A stretch of 64,000 nt of DNA from an uncultured Burkholderiaceae bacterium (GCA_964389235.1 CAYMDM010000003.1:24252-88251), one strand, 5' to 3'. Shown: positions 9,096-20,792, counted from the stretch's first letter. The notes: a model not told the origin generated them from the sequence alone. Numbers and translations: made by a program.

Positions 9096-10580
9096 TCACT
9101 GCAATTTGGAAGTCGCCGCAAACTGCAGCAGATGTTGAACCGAGGCCTGCATCGGGTCGGTGAAGAACCGGGGATAGACCCCCATCCACAGCACCAGCCC
9201 CACCAGCACGGCCAGCATGAAGAACTCGCGCGCCGAAATGTCCTTGAGCGCGGCGACGTGTTCATTGGCGACCGGGCCGAAGAACACCCGCTTGACCATC
9301 CACAGGGTGTAGCTGGCGGCGAGGATCAGGGTGGTGGCGGCCAGCAGCCCGATCCAGAAATCGAAGTGCACCGCAGCGAGGATCACCATCCACTCGCCGA
9401 CGAAGCCGCTGGTGCCGGGCAGCCCGGCATTGGCCATGCCGAACAGCACGGCAAACGCGGCAAAGCGCGGCATGGTCTTGGTCACCCCGCCGTAGTCGCC
9501 GATCAGGCGGGTGTGCATGCGGTCATACAGCACGCCGATCGACAGGAACATCGCCCCGGACACGAAGCCGTGCGAAATCATCTGGATCAGCGCGCCCTGC
9601 ACGCCGAGGTCGGAGAAAATGAAAAAGCCCAGGGTGACGAAGCCCATGTGCGCGATCGACGAGTACGCGACCAGCTTTTTCATGTCCTTCTGCACCAGCG
9701 CGACAAAGCCGATGTAGATCACTGCGATCAGCGACAGGGCGATCATCACCGGCGCCAGCAGATGGCTGGCATCGGGCAGGATCGGCAGGGTGAAACGAAT
9801 GAAACCGTAGGCGCCGAGCTTGAGCATGATCGCCGCCAGCACCACCGAGCCGCCGGTGGGGGCCTCGACGTGGGCGTCGGGCAGCCAGGTGTGCACTGGC
9901 CACATCGGAATCTTCACCGCGAACGCCAGGAAGAAGGCGATGAAAATCAGCACCTGCGCGGCCATCGGCAGCGGCAGGTCGTACCAGTGGGCGATGTCGA
10001 AGCTGCCGCCCGAATGGAGGAACAGGTAGATCAGCGCGACCAGGAACAGCAGTGAGCCCAGCAGGGTGTAGAGGAAGAACTTGAATGCCGCATACACCCG
10101 TCGCGGCCCGCCCCAGACGCCGATGATCAGATACATCGGGATCAGCGTTGCCTCAAAGAACACGTAGAACAGCAGCGCGTCGGTCGCCGCGAACACCCCG
10201 ATCATCAACCCGGAGAGGATGAGGAACGACCCCATGTAGAGGTTGACGCGGTCGGTAACCACCTCCCAGCCGGCGATGACCACGATCACGGTCATCAGCG
10301 CGGTCAGCGGCACGAACCACAGCGACACCCCGTCGATGCCCAGCGCGTAGTTGATGTTGAATGGGCGAATCCACGGCACGCTTTCGACGAACTGCATGCC
10401 CGCCTGCGCGTTGTCGAAACCGGTGATCAGCGGAATCGTCACCGCAAACGCCACCAGCGAGCCGATCAGCGCCAGCCAGCGCACTGCGCTCGCCCGCGAG
10501 TCTCCGGCGAGAAACAGCAGCACCACGCCAACGGCGATGGGAATCCAGATGGACAGACTGAGCAAAGGTAGGGATTGCAT
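9096..10580 (-). CDS. nuoM: NADH-quinone oxidoreductase subunit M
   Basis: ATG 10580 gives MQSLPLLSLSIWIPIAVGVVLL. Antiporter-like subunit between nuoL and nuoN. Confidence 0.95.
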   Translation of the reverse strand: MQSLPLLSLSIWIPIAVGVVLLFLAGDSRASAVRWLALIGSLVAFAVTIPLITGFDNAQAGMQFVESVPWIRPFNINYALGIDGVSLWFVPLTALMTVIVVIAGWEVVTDRVNLYMGSFLILSGLMIGVFAATDALLFYVFFEATLIPMYLIIGVWGGPRRVYAAFKFFLYTLLGSLLFLVALIYLFLHSGGSFDIAHWYDLPLPMAAQVLIFIAFFLAFAVKIPMWPVHTWLPDAHVEAPTGGSVVLAAIMLKLGAYGFIRFTLPILPDASHLLAPVMIALSLIAVIYIGFVALVQKDMKKLVAYSSIAHMGFVTLGFFIFSDLGVQGALIQMISHGFVSGAMFLSIGVLYDRMHTRLIGDYGGVTKTMPRFAAFAVLFGMANAGLPGTSGFVGEWMVILAAVHFDFWIGLLAATTLILAASYTLWMVKRVFFGPVANEHVAALKDISAREFFMLAVLVGLVLWMGVYPRFFTDPMQASVQHLLQFAATSKLQ

Positions 10581-10600
10581 TCTTGTCGTGCGCTTTGCCG

Positions 10601-12622
10601 TTAGCGGATGAACCATCCGGACAGCAGCTTGCCCGGCACAAAATAGCCCATGAACACCACCACCCCGGCGATCATCGCCAGTGCGTAGTAATAGACGTAG
10701 CCGGTCTGCAGCAGCCGCACCAGCCGCGCGGTCCAGCCGACGACGCGAGCCGAGCCGTTGACCATCAGCCCGTCGATCACGCCCTGGTCACCCCCCTTCC
10801 ACAGCCCCACGCCGATCAGCCGCGCCAGCCGGGCGATGACGTTTTCGTTGAACCAGTCCATGTAGTACTTGTGGTCGAGGATCACGTAGATCGGCACGAT
10901 GGCCTTGCGCACCGCGGCAGGGAACGCCGGGTTGACCATGTAGGCGTAGTAGGCGACGGCCACGCCGGCGGCAGCCAGCCACAGCGGCAGGGTCATCACG
11001 CTGTGCAGTGCCATCTGCAACGGGCCGTGGAAGTGCTCGGCCAGATCGGTCATCGCCGGGTGCGCGGCGGCGTTGACGAATATCGCGCCCTGGAAGAAGT
11101 GGCCGTAAAGCAGCGGCTGAATGACCAAGTAGCCGATGACCACCGAAGGAATCGCCAGCATGATCAGCGGCAGGGTCACGACCCAGGGCGATTCATGCGG
11201 CTCGCCGCCGTGGCCGTGATCGTGCCCCGAGCCTTCCTCGTGGTGATGGTGAACGTGGCGGAAGCGCTCTTCGCCGTGGAACACCAGGAAGTACAGACGG
11301 AACGAATACAGCGCGGTGACGAACACGCTGGCTACCACCGAGAAATAGGCAAAGCCCGAGCCGAAAAGGTCGCTGGCATGCACCGCCTCGATGATGCTGT
11401 CCTTGGAATAGAAGCCCGAGAAGAACGGCGTGCCGATCAGCGCCAGCGAGCCGATCAGGAAGGTGATCCAGGTGATCGGCATGTATTTGCGCAGACCGCC
11501 CATGTGCCGGATGTCCTGATCATGGTGCATGCCGATGATCACCGAACCGGCAGCGAGGAACAGCAGCGCCTTGAAAAAGGCGTGGGTCATCAGGTGGAAG
11601 ATCGCCACCGAGTAGGCCGACGCGCCCAGCGCCACGGTCATGTAACCGAGCTGCGACAGCGTGGAATAAGCGATGACCCGCTTGATGTCGTTCTGAATGA
11701 TGCCGAGGAAGCCCATGAACAGCGCGGTGATCGCGCCGACGATCATCACCAGCGACAGCGCGGTGTTGGACAACTCGAACAGCGGCGACATGCGCGCGAC
11801 CATGAAAATTCCCGCGGTCACCATGGTCGCCGCGTGGATCAGCGCGGAAATCGGGGTCGGGCCTTCCATCGAGTCGGGCAGCCAGACATGCAGCGGGAAC
11901 TGCGCGCTCTTGCCCATCGCACCGACGAACAGCGCAATACAGATCACGGTGATCAGCATCCAGTCGGTACCCGGCAGGTGCTGTTGCGCCAGGGTGGGCG
12001 CCTGCGCAAACACCTCGGTGTAGTTGAGGCTGCCGGTGTAGGCGACGACCAGCGCAATGCCGAGGATGAAGCCGAAGTCGCCGACGCGGTTGACGATGAA
12101 CGCCTTCATGCCGGCGAACGCCGCGGTAGGACGCTTGTACCAGAAGCCGATCAGCAGATACGACACCAGACCGACCGCTTCCCAGCCGAAGAACAGCTGC
12201 AGGAAGTTGTTGCTCATCACCAGCATCAGCATGCTGAAGGTGAACAGCGAGATGTAGCTGAAAAAGCGCTGGTAGCCATCGTCATCGGCCATGTAGCCGA
12301 TGGTGTAGATGTGCACCGCCAGCGACACGAAGCTGACGACCGTCATCATCAGCGCGGTCAGGCCATCGACCATGAAGCCGATTTCCATGTGCAGCCGCCC
12401 GACCACCATCCAGTCATAGATCGTGGCGTTGAACCGCGCGCCGTTGATCACCTGCCACAGCACGATGAACGACAGCACCGTGGAGATCGCCACCCCAAGG
12501 ATGGTGATGGAGTGCGCACCGGCGCGACCGATGGTGCGGCCGAACAGCCCGGCGATGATTGACGCCACCAGCGGCGCCAGCGGAATGACCAGCAGCAGAA
12601 CGGGATTGAGCGTGGGGGTCAT
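10601..12622 (-). CDS. nuoL: NADH-quinone oxidoreductase subunit L
   Basis: 673-aa antiporter-like protein (MTPTLNPVLLLVIPLAPLVASIIAGLFGR...), in nuo order. Confidence 0.95.
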   Translation of the reverse strand: MTPTLNPVLLLVIPLAPLVASIIAGLFGRTIGRAGAHSITILGVAISTVLSFIVLWQVINGARFNATIYDWMVVGRLHMEIGFMVDGLTALMMTVVSFVSLAVHIYTIGYMADDDGYQRFFSYISLFTFSMLMLVMSNNFLQLFFGWEAVGLVSYLLIGFWYKRPTAAFAGMKAFIVNRVGDFGFILGIALVVAYTGSLNYTEVFAQAPTLAQQHLPGTDWMLITVICIALFVGAMGKSAQFPLHVWLPDSMEGPTPISALIHAATMVTAGIFMVARMSPLFELSNTALSLVMIVGAITALFMGFLGIIQNDIKRVIAYSTLSQLGYMTVALGASAYSVAIFHLMTHAFFKALLFLAAGSVIIGMHHDQDIRHMGGLRKYMPITWITFLIGSLALIGTPFFSGFYSKDSIIEAVHASDLFGSGFAYFSVVASVFVTALYSFRLYFLVFHGEERFRHVHHHHEEGSGHDHGHGGEPHESPWVVTLPLIMLAIPSVVIGYLVIQPLLYGHFFQGAIFVNAAAHPAMTDLAEHFHGPLQMALHSVMTLPLWLAAAGVAVAYYAYMVNPAFPAAVRKAIVPIYVILDHKYYMDWFNENVIARLARLIGVGLWKGGDQGVIDGLMVNGSARVVGWTARLVRLLQTGYVYYYALAMIAGVVVFMGYFVPGKLLSGWFIR

Positions 12623-12625
12623 CGT

Positions 12626-12940
12626 TCAACCCTTCAGATGATCGAGTTCCTCGACGTCTATGGTCGAGAGGTTGCGGAACAGCACGACCAGTATGGCCAG
12701 GCCGATGGCCGACTCCGCAGCGGCTACCGTCAGGATGAAGAACACGAACACCTGGCCCGCGAGATCCTGCAGGTAATGGGAGAAGGCGATGAAGTTGAGG
12801 TTGACCGCCAGCAGCATCAGCTCGATGGCCATCAGGATGACAATGAGGTTGCGGCGGTTGAGAAAAATCCCGACGACGCCGATGGCAAACAGAATGGCGG
12901 CAAGCACCAGGTAATGCGCCAGCGAAAGCGAACCGAACAT
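12626..12940 (-). CDS. nuoK: NADH-quinone oxidoreductase subunit K
   Basis: 104 aa, three helices: [48 protein letters not shown]. Confidence 0.95.
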   Translation of the reverse strand: MFGSLSLAHYLVLAAILFAIGVVGIFLNRRNLIVILMAIELMLLAVNLNFIAFSHYLQDLAGQVFVFFILTVAAAESAIGLAILVVLFRNLSTIDVEELDHLKG

Positions 12941-12943
12941 GGC

Positions 12944-13567
12944 TTATTCCTTCGGTTGAGCGGGCAGGGACACCAGCCGCACGCGGTCTTCGCGCCGCGC
13001 CTTGAGCTGCTCGGACACCGGCACGTGTCGCACGTCCTTGCGCCGGCGCAGGGTCAGCGCAATTGCCGCGACGATGGCCACGAGCAGGATCACCGCGGCG
13101 ACCTCGACCTCGAACAGATAGCGGCTGTAGAGCAGCATGCCCAGCGCCTGGGTGTTGGGAATCGCCGCAGCGCCGGCCGGCTCGGCGCCGCCGACCTGCG
13201 CCGCGCGGGTCATGCCGCCGATCTGGAAGCCCTGCATCAGCACCGCGGCCATTTCCAGCACGATGATCACGCCGACGATCAGCGCGATGGGAAAGTATTT
13301 CCAGAAGCCGCGGCGCAGGACGTCGAGGTTGATATCGAGCATCATCACCACGAACAGGAACAACACCATCACCGCGCCGACATACACCAGCACCAGCACG
13401 ATGGCGAGGAACTCGGCCTTGAGCAGCAGCCAGATTGCCGCCGCCTGAAAAAACGCCAGCACCAGATACAGCGCCGAGTGCACCGGGTTGCGCGCGGTGA
13501 TCACCCGCAGTGCGGCAAACAGCAGCACCGCGGAGAACACGTAGAACAGCAGGGTTTGAGGTTCCAT
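12944..13567 (-). CDS. nuoJ: NADH-quinone oxidoreductase subunit J
   Basis: ATG 13567 gives MEPQTLLFYVFSAVLLFAALRVITARNPVHSALYLVLAFF. The track start 13573 is a GTG two codons upstream. Confidence 0.9.
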   Translation of the reverse strand: MEPQTLLFYVFSAVLLFAALRVITARNPVHSALYLVLAFFQAAAIWLLLKAEFLAIVLVLVYVGAVMVLFLFVVMMLDINLDVLRRGFWKYFPIALIVGVIIVLEMAAVLMQGFQIGGMTRAAQVGGAEPAGAAAIPNTQALGMLLYSRYLFEVEVAAVILLVAIVAAIALTLRRRKDVRHVPVSEQLKARREDRVRLVSLPAQPKE

Positions 13568-13668
13568 GGTCACACGACTGGGGTTCCGTCGGCACCGCAG
13601 TGCCGGCAGCTTCTGGTGTTGTTCGAACGGGCGAAAGCGCTGCGCTGCGACGCAGCGCGGCCGGCGCG

Positions 13669-14157
13669 TCAGCGGTACGGGGCGTCGGCCTCCTTGGTGG
13701 CGGCAATCATCGCCTCGTAACGGTCACCCACGGCCAGCAGCATGTCCTTGGTGAAGTACAGATCGCCGCGCTTTTCGCCGTGGTATTCGAAGATCGGGGT
13801 TTCGACAATCGAATCCACCGGGCAGCTCTCTTCGCACAGCCCGCAGAAAATGCATTTGGTCAGATCGATGTCGTAGCGGCTGGTGCGGCGAGTGCCGTCT
13901 TCGCGCTGCTCGCTCTCGATGGTGATGGCCAGCGCCGGGCACACCGCTTCGCACAGCTTGCAAGCGATGCAGCGCTCCTCGCCGTTGGGGTAGCGGCGCA
14001 GCGCGTGCAGGCCGCGAAAGCGCGGCGACAACGGGGTTTTCTCTTCCGGGTACTGCACGGTGATCTTGCGCTTGAAGGCGTATTTGCCGGTCAGCGCCAG
14101 ACCCTTGAAAAGTTCGACGAGAAAAAAGCTGTTGAAGGTGTCACGCAAGGCGGCCAT
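13669..14157 (-). CDS. nuoI: NADH-quinone oxidoreductase subunit I
   Basis: Two 4Fe-4S ferredoxin motifs, [12 protein letters not shown] and [12 protein letters not shown]. Confidence 0.97.
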   Translation of the reverse strand: MAALRDTFNSFFLVELFKGLALTGKYAFKRKITVQYPEEKTPLSPRFRGLHALRRYPNGEERCIACKLCEAVCPALAITIESEQREDGTRRTSRYDIDLTKCIFCGLCEESCPVDSIVETPIFEYHGEKRGDLYFTKDMLLAVGDRYEAMIAATKEADAPYR

Positions 14158-14166
14158 GGCGCGTCC

Positions 14167-15228
14167 TCACTTCCAGATGTTCCAGGGCGTCTGCATCCAG
14201 ACGGCGATCAGCACCAGCCAGACCAGCGTGACCGGGATGAAAATCTTCCAGCCCAGACGCATGATCTGGTCGTAGCGGTAGCGCGGGAAGGTCGCGCGCA
14301 CCCACAGAAAGAGACTGACGACGAAAAAGGTCTTGATGCCCAGCCAGATCCAGCCGGGGATGAAAGCGAGGAAGGCAAACGGCGCATCCCAGCCGCCGAG
14401 GAACATCACGGTGGCGAGGATGGACACCAGAATCATGTTCGCGTATTCGGCGAGGAAGAACATCGCGAACGACATGCCCGAATACTCGATCATGTGGCCG
14501 GCGACGATTTCGGACTCGCCCTCGACCACGTCGAAGGGGTGGCGGTTGGTTTCGGCGATGCCTGCGATCAGGTAGACGAAAAAGATCGGCAGCAGTGGCA
14601 GCCAGTTCCACGACAGGATGTTGATGCCCATCGAGGCGAACAGCCCTTTCTGCTGCCCGAGCACGATCTGCGTGAGATTGAGACTGCCCGAGACCATCAG
14701 CACGATGACCAGCGCAAAGCCCATTGCGATTTCGTAGCTGACCATCTGCGCCGAGGCGCGCATCGCACCGAGGAAGGCGTATTTGGAGTTGGACGCCCAG
14801 CCGGCGATGATGATGCCGTACACCTCCAGCGAGGTGATGGCCAGCAGCAGCAGCAGACCGGCGTTGATGTTGGAGGCTGCGACATCCGGCCCGAACGGAA
14901 TGACCGCCCAGGCGGCCAGCGCCGGCATGATGGTCATCACCGGGCCGAGGATGAACAGCTTTTTGTTCGCCTGGAACGGGACGACGATTTCCTTGAGCAG
15001 CAGCTTGACCCCGTCGGCGATCGGCTGCAGCAGGCCGTAAGGCCCGACGCGGTTGGGGCCGATGCGGATCTGAATCCAGCCGATGAGCTTTCGCTCCCAC
15101 AGAGTCAGGTAAGCCACCGCGCCCATCAGCGGGGCGACGATGATGATGATTTTGATCAGGCTCCAGATGATGGGCCAGGCAATCGGCCCCAGCGCCGACA
15201 GTCCGCTCTGGTAGAAAGATTCGATCAT
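14167..15228 (-). CDS. nuoH: NADH-quinone oxidoreductase subunit H
   Basis: 353-aa polytopic protein with ...[33 protein letters not shown]..., the ND1/NuoH hallmark. Confidence 0.97.
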   Translation of the reverse strand: MIESFYQSGLSALGPIAWPIIWSLIKIIIIVAPLMGAVAYLTLWERKLIGWIQIRIGPNRVGPYGLLQPIADGVKLLLKEIVVPFQANKKLFILGPVMTIMPALAAWAVIPFGPDVAASNINAGLLLLLAITSLEVYGIIIAGWASNSKYAFLGAMRASAQMVSYEIAMGFALVIVLMVSGSLNLTQIVLGQQKGLFASMGINILSWNWLPLLPIFFVYLIAGIAETNRHPFDVVEGESEIVAGHMIEYSGMSFAMFFLAEYANMILVSILATVMFLGGWDAPFAFLAFIPGWIWLGIKTFFVVSLFLWVRATFPRYRYDQIMRLGWKIFIPVTLVWLVLIAVWMQTPWNIWK

Positions 15229-15231
15229 CGT

Positions 15232-17637
15232 TTAGACCTTTTCCACGGCGGCAGCCGTCGCGGTTGAGGCAGAGGGATGAGCAGAGGCCGGTGCCTTGGC
15301 CACCGTCACGCTGCCGAACAGCGCGCCCAGCGGCGCCGTAACGTCCAGCCCGGTGGCAATGCGCACGACGCCCGCTGGCAGCGCGGCATCCAGCCGCGCC
15401 GGCAGCACCACCTCGCCCTGCGCGCTGCGCACGATCACCGCATCGCCGGTCTGCAGCCCGAGCTGAGACCACAGCGCAGCGGGCAGCCCGGCCTGCAAGG
15501 CCTCGCGCGCATCGCGGGTGCGCTGCAGGCTGGCGGCGCGACGAACGATGGCGTCGCTGGCGTAGATCGGCACCGGGGCGATGCGCTCCAGCGCCGCTGC
15601 GGCAACAGGCTGCAAAGCAGGCAAAGGCAGGGCGGTCTGCCGCGACAGCGCAGCGGCGATCCCCGCTTCGCCACCGATGGCGGCGAAAGCCTCGGTGCGC
15701 ACCGCGTCGATGGCGTCGAAATCGAAACCCGGCAGGTCGAGCACATTGCCCAGCACCCGCAGCACCTTCCACGCCGGTCGCGCTTCACCCAGCGGCTGCA
15801 CCACGGCGTTGAACCGCTGCAGCCGGCCCTCGGCGTTGACCAGGCTGCCTTGGGTTTCGGTGAAGGGGGCAATGGGCAGCAGCACATCGGCCTGCGCCAG
15901 CACGCCCTTGCCTTGCGGGTCGTACATCGACAGCGCAACGACGAACTGCGCTTGCCGCAATTTGGCCGCCTGCGCCGGGTCGGCCAGATCGCGCTCGGGC
16001 TCGACGCCCAGCAGAACCATCGCCCGCGCCGGCTCGGCCACCAACCGCGCGGCAGAGCGGCCACCGGCCTTGGGCTGTGCCCCCACCAGTGCGGCGCCGA
16101 CGCCGTTGCCGGCCTCGACCAGCTCGCCAAAGGTCGCACCGGTCTGTGCGGCAATCCACTGAGCCAGCGCACGCAGCTGCTGCGCCTGCGGATGGTCGAT
16201 TGCGGCGTTGCCGAGGAACACCGCCTTGCGCTCGCCGGCGAGCAGGCTTTGCGCAATGGCCTGCGCCGTGGCATCCGGCGCGGCGACATGCAGCTCGGCG
16301 GGCAGCGCCTCGCCCTTGGCCTGCGCAACCGCCGCAGCGATCGCCGCGAGCTGCATGACCCACTGGCTGGGCGCCGCGACCACACGCGCGTGCATCGGCA
16401 TGTACCAGTCGTCATCGACCGCGTGCAGGCTGCTGATCTTGGCACCATGCTTGGCCGCATTGCGCACGCGGGCCGAGAGCAGCGGCTGATCTTTGCGCAG
16501 AAAGCTGCCGATGAACAACGCCGCCTGCAACTGCGAGACGGCCGCAATCGGCATGCCCAGCCAGCCGATGGACGCACCGGGCGCGGCCGGGTCGGTCTGA
16601 CGCAGCCGGGTGTCGATGTGATCGCTGCCCAGCGCGCGCACCAGCTTCTGCAGCAGATACAGCTCTTCGCAAGTGTGGATCGGCGCGGCCAGCGCGCCGA
16701 TCGCATCCGCCCCAGCGCCCTGCATCGCTTTGCGCAGACCGGCCGCGGTGAATTCGAGCGCGGTCGGCCAGTCCACGGTTTTCCACTGGCCGTTTTCGCG
16801 GATCTGAGGCGCCTTCAGACGATCAGCCGCGTTGAGCCCTTCATAGGCGAAACGGTCGCGGTCGGACAGCCAGCATTCGTTGACGGCTTCGTTTTCCTGC
16901 GGCACCACGCGCATCACCCGGTCGCCCTTGACCTGCACGATCAGGTTGGCGCCGACGCTGTCGTGCGGGCTGATCGAGGCGCGGCGCGACAGCTCCCAGG
17001 TGCGGGCGGTGTAGCGGAAGGGCTTGCTGGTCAGCGCGCCGACCGGGCAGATGTCGATCATGTTGCCCGACAGTTCGGAATCGACCGTGCTGTCGACAAA
17101 CGCCATGATCTCGGAATGCTCGCCGCGGTTGGCCATGCCGAGTTCCATGATGCCGGCGACTTCCTGCCCGAAGCGCACGCAGCGGGTGCACTGGATGCAG
17201 CGGCTCATTTCCTCCATCGCGATCAGCGGGCCGACATCCTTGTGAAAGATGACCCGCTTTTCCTCGGTGTAGCGCGAGGCCGAGCCGCCGTAGCCCACGG
17301 CCAGATCCTGCAACTGGCACTCGCCGCCCTGGTCGCAGATCGGGCAGTCCAGCGGATGGTTGATCAGCAGAAACTCCATCACCCCTTTCTGTGCCTGAAT
17401 GGCCTTTTCGGAGCGAGTGCGGACGATCATGCCCTGGGTGACCGGGGTGGCGCAGGCCGGCAGCGGCTTGGGCGCCTTCTCGACGTCCACCAGACACATG
17501 CGGCAGTTGGCAGCGATGGACAGCTTTTTGTGATAGCAGAAATGCGGGACGTAGATGCCGAGCTTGTGGGTCGCATCCATGACCATGGCACCCTCGGGCA
17601 CCTGGACCTTCTGACCGTCGATTTCGAGTTCAACCAT
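15232..17637 (-). CDS. nuoG: NADH-quinone oxidoreductase subunit G
   Basis: Internal ATG 17637 gives MVELEIDGQKVQVPEGAMVMDATHKLGIYVPHFCYHKKLSIAANCRMCLV, plus the downstream Fe-S Cys clusters. The 17638-18741 part of the track ORF is read-through across nuoF in another frame. Confidence 0.95.
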   Translation of the reverse strand: MVELEIDGQKVQVPEGAMVMDATHKLGIYVPHFCYHKKLSIAANCRMCLVDVEKAPKPLPACATPVTQGMIVRTRSEKAIQAQKGVMEFLLINHPLDCPICDQGGECQLQDLAVGYGGSASRYTEEKRVIFHKDVGPLIAMEEMSRCIQCTRCVRFGQEVAGIMELGMANRGEHSEIMAFVDSTVDSELSGNMIDICPVGALTSKPFRYTARTWELSRRASISPHDSVGANLIVQVKGDRVMRVVPQENEAVNECWLSDRDRFAYEGLNAADRLKAPQIRENGQWKTVDWPTALEFTAAGLRKAMQGAGADAIGALAAPIHTCEELYLLQKLVRALGSDHIDTRLRQTDPAAPGASIGWLGMPIAAVSQLQAALFIGSFLRKDQPLLSARVRNAAKHGAKISSLHAVDDDWYMPMHARVVAAPSQWVMQLAAIAAAVAQAKGEALPAELHVAAPDATAQAIAQSLLAGERKAVFLGNAAIDHPQAQQLRALAQWIAAQTGATFGELVEAGNGVGAALVGAQPKAGGRSAARLVAEPARAMVLLGVEPERDLADPAQAAKLRQAQFVVALSMYDPQGKGVLAQADVLLPIAPFTETQGSLVNAEGRLQRFNAVVQPLGEARPAWKVLRVLGNVLDLPGFDFDAIDAVRTEAFAAIGGEAGIAAALSRQTALPLPALQPVAAAALERIAPVPIYASDAIVRRAASLQRTRDAREALQAGLPAALWSQLGLQTGDAVIVRSAQGEVVLPARLDAALPAGVVRIATGLDVTAPLGALFGSVTVAKAPASAHPSASTATAAAVEKV

Positions 17638-17657
17638 GATGCGGTGTCCTGTGCGGT

Positions 17658-18998
17658 TCAGACGTAGGCCGGCACGAGGCAGGTCTTGTGGGTGATGTGG
17701 TGCTCGAACTCGCTGCGGAAGTGCTTGATGAACGATTTCACCGGCATCGCCGCGGCGTCGCCCAGCGCACAGATGGTGCGCCCGGAGATGTTGTCGGACA
17801 CCGAGTTGAGCACGTCGAGGTCTTCCATGCGCCCCTGCCCGTTTTCGATCCGGTGCACCATGCGGTACAGCCATCCGGTGCCTTCGCGGCACGGGGTGCA
17901 CTGCCCGCACGATTCGTGCTGATAGAAGTACGACAGCCGCATCAGCGACTTGACCATGCAGCGCGTATCGTCGAGCACGATCACCGCGCCGGAGCCGAGC
18001 ATCGACCCCGCCTTGGAGATCGAGTCGTAGTCCATGGTGCAGTCCATCATGATGCTTGCGGGCAGCACCGGCGCCGACGAGCCGCCGGGAATCACCGCCT
18101 TGAGCTGCCGGCCCTCGCGCACGCCGCCGGCCAGCTCGAGCAGCTTGGCAAACGGCGTACCCATCGGCACTTCGTAATTGCCGGGGCGCTGCACATCGCC
18201 CGACACCGAGTAGATCTTGGTGCCACCGTTGTTCGGCTTGCCGACCTCGAGATACGCCTGTCCGCCGTTGCGGATGATCCAGGGCACCGCGGCAAAGGTT
18301 TCGGTGTTGTTGATGGTCGTGGGCTTGCCGTAAAGGCCGAAGCTCGCGGGGAACGGCGGCTTGAACCGCGGCTGGCCCTTCTTGCCTTCGAGCGATTCGA
18401 GCAGCGCTGTTTCCTCGCCGCAGATATACGCGCCAAAACCGTGTGAGGCGTGAAGCTGGAAGCTGAAATTGCTGCCCAGGATGTTGTCGCCGAGAAAGCC
18501 GGCTGCCCGCGCCTGCCGCAGTGCCTCCTCGAAGCGCTCGTAGTCCTCGAAGATTTCGCCGTGGATGTAGTTGTAGCCCACCGAGATGCCCATCGCGAAC
18601 GCGGCGATGGTCATGCCCTCGATCACCGCATGCGGGTTGAAGCGCAGGATGTCGCGATCCTTGAACGTGCCGGGCTCGCCCTCGTCGGAGTTGCACACCA
18701 GATACTTCTGCCCCGGGAACTGCCGCGGCATGAAGCTCCACTTCAGGCCGGTCGGAAAGCCCGCGCCACCACGGCCGCGCAGCGCCGAAGCCTTGACCTC
18801 GGCAATGACCTGATCGGGAGTCCAGCCTTCGGTGAGGATTTTGCGCAGCGCCTTGTAGCCGTCGCGCGCGAGGTAGCCGTCGATCCCCCAGTTGCTGCCG
18901 TCCAGCCCGGCGAGGATCTGCGGCCGGATGTGGCGACCGTGAAAACAGGTTTCCTGCCCGCTGCTGCGAAAGCGCGGCATGGCGACGTTGGCGTTCAT
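17658..18998 (-). CDS. nuoF: NADH-quinone oxidoreductase subunit F
   Basis: ATG 18998 (ATGA overlap with the nuoE stop). FMN/NADH site [13 protein letters not shown] and 4Fe-4S motif [12 protein letters not shown]. Confidence 0.97.
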   Translation of the reverse strand: MNANVAMPRFRSSGQETCFHGRHIRPQILAGLDGSNWGIDGYLARDGYKALRKILTEGWTPDQVIAEVKASALRGRGGAGFPTGLKWSFMPRQFPGQKYLVCNSDEGEPGTFKDRDILRFNPHAVIEGMTIAAFAMGISVGYNYIHGEIFEDYERFEEALRQARAAGFLGDNILGSNFSFQLHASHGFGAYICGEETALLESLEGKKGQPRFKPPFPASFGLYGKPTTINNTETFAAVPWIIRNGGQAYLEVGKPNNGGTKIYSVSGDVQRPGNYEVPMGTPFAKLLELAGGVREGRQLKAVIPGGSSAPVLPASIMMDCTMDYDSISKAGSMLGSGAVIVLDDTRCMVKSLMRLSYFYQHESCGQCTPCREGTGWLYRMVHRIENGQGRMEDLDVLNSVSDNISGRTICALGDAAAMPVKSFIKHFRSEFEHHITHKTCLVPAYV

Positions 18999-19495
18999 TG
19001 CGCGCCTCCTTGCGCGGCCTGCGCGCGCAGTTCGTCGATGAGCTGATCGAGCCGCTCCGGTTTCATGAAGCTGCACAGCCGCCGGTCGTTGACCAGCATC
19101 GCCGGCGCGTCGCCGCAGGCGCCCAGACACTCGGACTCCTGCAGGGTGAACAGCCCGTCGGCCGTGGTGTCGCCGATTGCCACGCCGAGCTTTTCGCTCA
19201 GATACTGCGCCGCCTGCTGCCCGCCGCCCAGCAGGCATGGCAGATTGGTGCAGACGTTGAGCTTGAAGCGGCCAACGGGCTTCTGGTTGAACATGTTGTA
19301 GAAGGTCACCACCTCGTACACCGCGATCGGCGGCATGCCCAGATGCGCGGCGACGGCGCGCTGCGCGTCCTCGGACACCCAGCCCTGCTCCTGCTGCACG
19401 ATGGACAGCGCGGCGATCACCGCCGACTGCTTCTGGTCGGCCGGGTATTTGGCCACTTCCTGGTCGATGCGCTGACGGGTGGATTCGGACAACAT
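18995..19495 (-). CDS. nuoE: NADH-quinone oxidoreductase subunit E
   Basis: Thioredoxin-like 2Fe-2S subunit with CTNLPC ... CLGACGDAP. Confidence 0.95.
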   Translation of the reverse strand: MLSESTRQRIDQEVAKYPADQKQSAVIAALSIVQQEQGWVSEDAQRAVAAHLGMPPIAVYEVVTFYNMFNQKPVGRFKLNVCTNLPCLLGGGQQAAQYLSEKLGVAIGDTTADGLFTLQESECLGACGDAPAMLVNDRRLCSFMKPERLDQLIDELRAQAAQGGAQ

Positions 19496-19537
19496 CTCGG
19501 GCGTTGCGGTTCGGGGGTTGGGAGTGGTGGCAAGCTT

Positions 19538-20791
19538 TCAGCGGTCGATTTCGCCGAACACGATGTCCAGCGTGCCGATGATGGCGACGACGTCGGCGAT
19601 CATGTGACCGCGGGTCATTTCGTCGAGCGCGGCCAAGTGCGGGAAGCCAGGGGCGCGGATTTTCAGTCGGTAGGGCTTGTTGGCGCCGTCAGAAACGAGA
19701 TAGATGCCGAACTCACCCTTGGGGTGTTCGACTGCCGCATAGGCCTGCCCCTCGGGCACGTGCATGCCTTCGCTGAACAGCTTGAAGTGGTGGATCAGCG
19801 CCTCCATGCTGGTCTTCATCTCGACCCGCGACGGCGGCGCGATTTTGTGGTCATCGGTGATCACCGGGCCCGGGTTGGCGCGCAACCAGTCCACGCACTG
19901 CTTGATGATGCGGTTGGACTGGCGCATTTCTTCGATGCGAACCAGATAGCGGTCGTAGCAGTCGCCGTTTTTGCCGACCGGGACGTCGAACTCGACCCGG
20001 TCGTAGACGTCGTACGGCTGCATTTTGCGCAGATCCCAGGCCACGCCCGAACCACGCAACATCGGGCCGGTCAGCCCGAGGTTCTTGGCCCGCTCCGGCG
20101 ACACCACACCGATGCCCACGGTGCGCTGTTTCCAGATGCGGTTGTCGGTCAGCAGGGTCTCGTATTCGTCGACGTAAGCGGGGAAACGCTGTGTGAAGTC
20201 TTCGATGAAATCCAGCAGCGAGCCTTGGCGGTTTCTGTTCAGCTCTTTGACCGCCTGCGGGCCGCGGATGCGCGATTCGCGGTACTGCGCCATGCTCTCG
20301 GGCAGGTCACGATAGACCCCGCCCGGGCGGAAGTAGGCCGCGTGCATCCGCGCGCCCGACACCGCTTCGTACATGTCGAACAGGTCTTCCCGCTCGCGGA
20401 AGGCGTAGAGAAAAATGGTCATCGCCCCGCAGTCCAGACCATGCGCGCCCAGCCACATCAGGTGGTTGAGCAGGCGAGTGATCTCGGCAAACATCACGCG
20501 GATGTACTGCGCGCGGATCGGCACCTCCACACCGAGAAGCTTTTCCACCGCCAGGCAATACGCGTGCTCGTTGCACATCATCGACACGTAGTCGAGACGG
20601 TCCATGTACGGCAGCGCCTGCAGATAGGTTTTGTGCTCGGCCAGCTTTTCGGTGGCGCGATGCAGCAGCCCGATGTGCGGGTCGGCGCGCTCGACGACTT
20701 CGCCGTCGAGTTCGAGCACCAGCCGCAGCACGCCATGAGCCGCCGGGTGCTGCGGGCCGAAGTTCAGGGTGTAGTTCTTGATGTCGGCCAT
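19538..20791 (-). CDS. nuoD: NADH-quinone oxidoreductase subunit D
   Basis: [33 protein letters not shown]...; 417 aa. Confidence 0.97.
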   Translation of the reverse strand: MADIKNYTLNFGPQHPAAHGVLRLVLELDGEVVERADPHIGLLHRATEKLAEHKTYLQALPYMDRLDYVSMMCNEHAYCLAVEKLLGVEVPIRAQYIRVMFAEITRLLNHLMWLGAHGLDCGAMTIFLYAFREREDLFDMYEAVSGARMHAAYFRPGGVYRDLPESMAQYRESRIRGPQAVKELNRNRQGSLLDFIEDFTQRFPAYVDEYETLLTDNRIWKQRTVGIGVVSPERAKNLGLTGPMLRGSGVAWDLRKMQPYDVYDRVEFDVPVGKNGDCYDRYLVRIEEMRQSNRIIKQCVDWLRANPGPVITDDHKIAPPSRVEMKTSMEALIHHFKLFSEGMHVPEGQAYAAVEHPKGEFGIYLVSDGANKPYRLKIRAPGFPHLAALDEMTRGHMIADVVAIIGTLDIVFGEIDR

Positions 20792-20792
20792 T

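Noticed and set aside
15232-18741. The track shows an 1169-aa ORF that looks like a NuoF-NuoG fusion.
   Set aside because: The canonical NuoG N-terminus (MVELEIDGQKV...) starts at internal ATG 17637. The upstream part runs across nuoF in a different frame and translates to Arg/Ala/Gly-rich nonsense. nuoF is separately encoded at 17658-18998.
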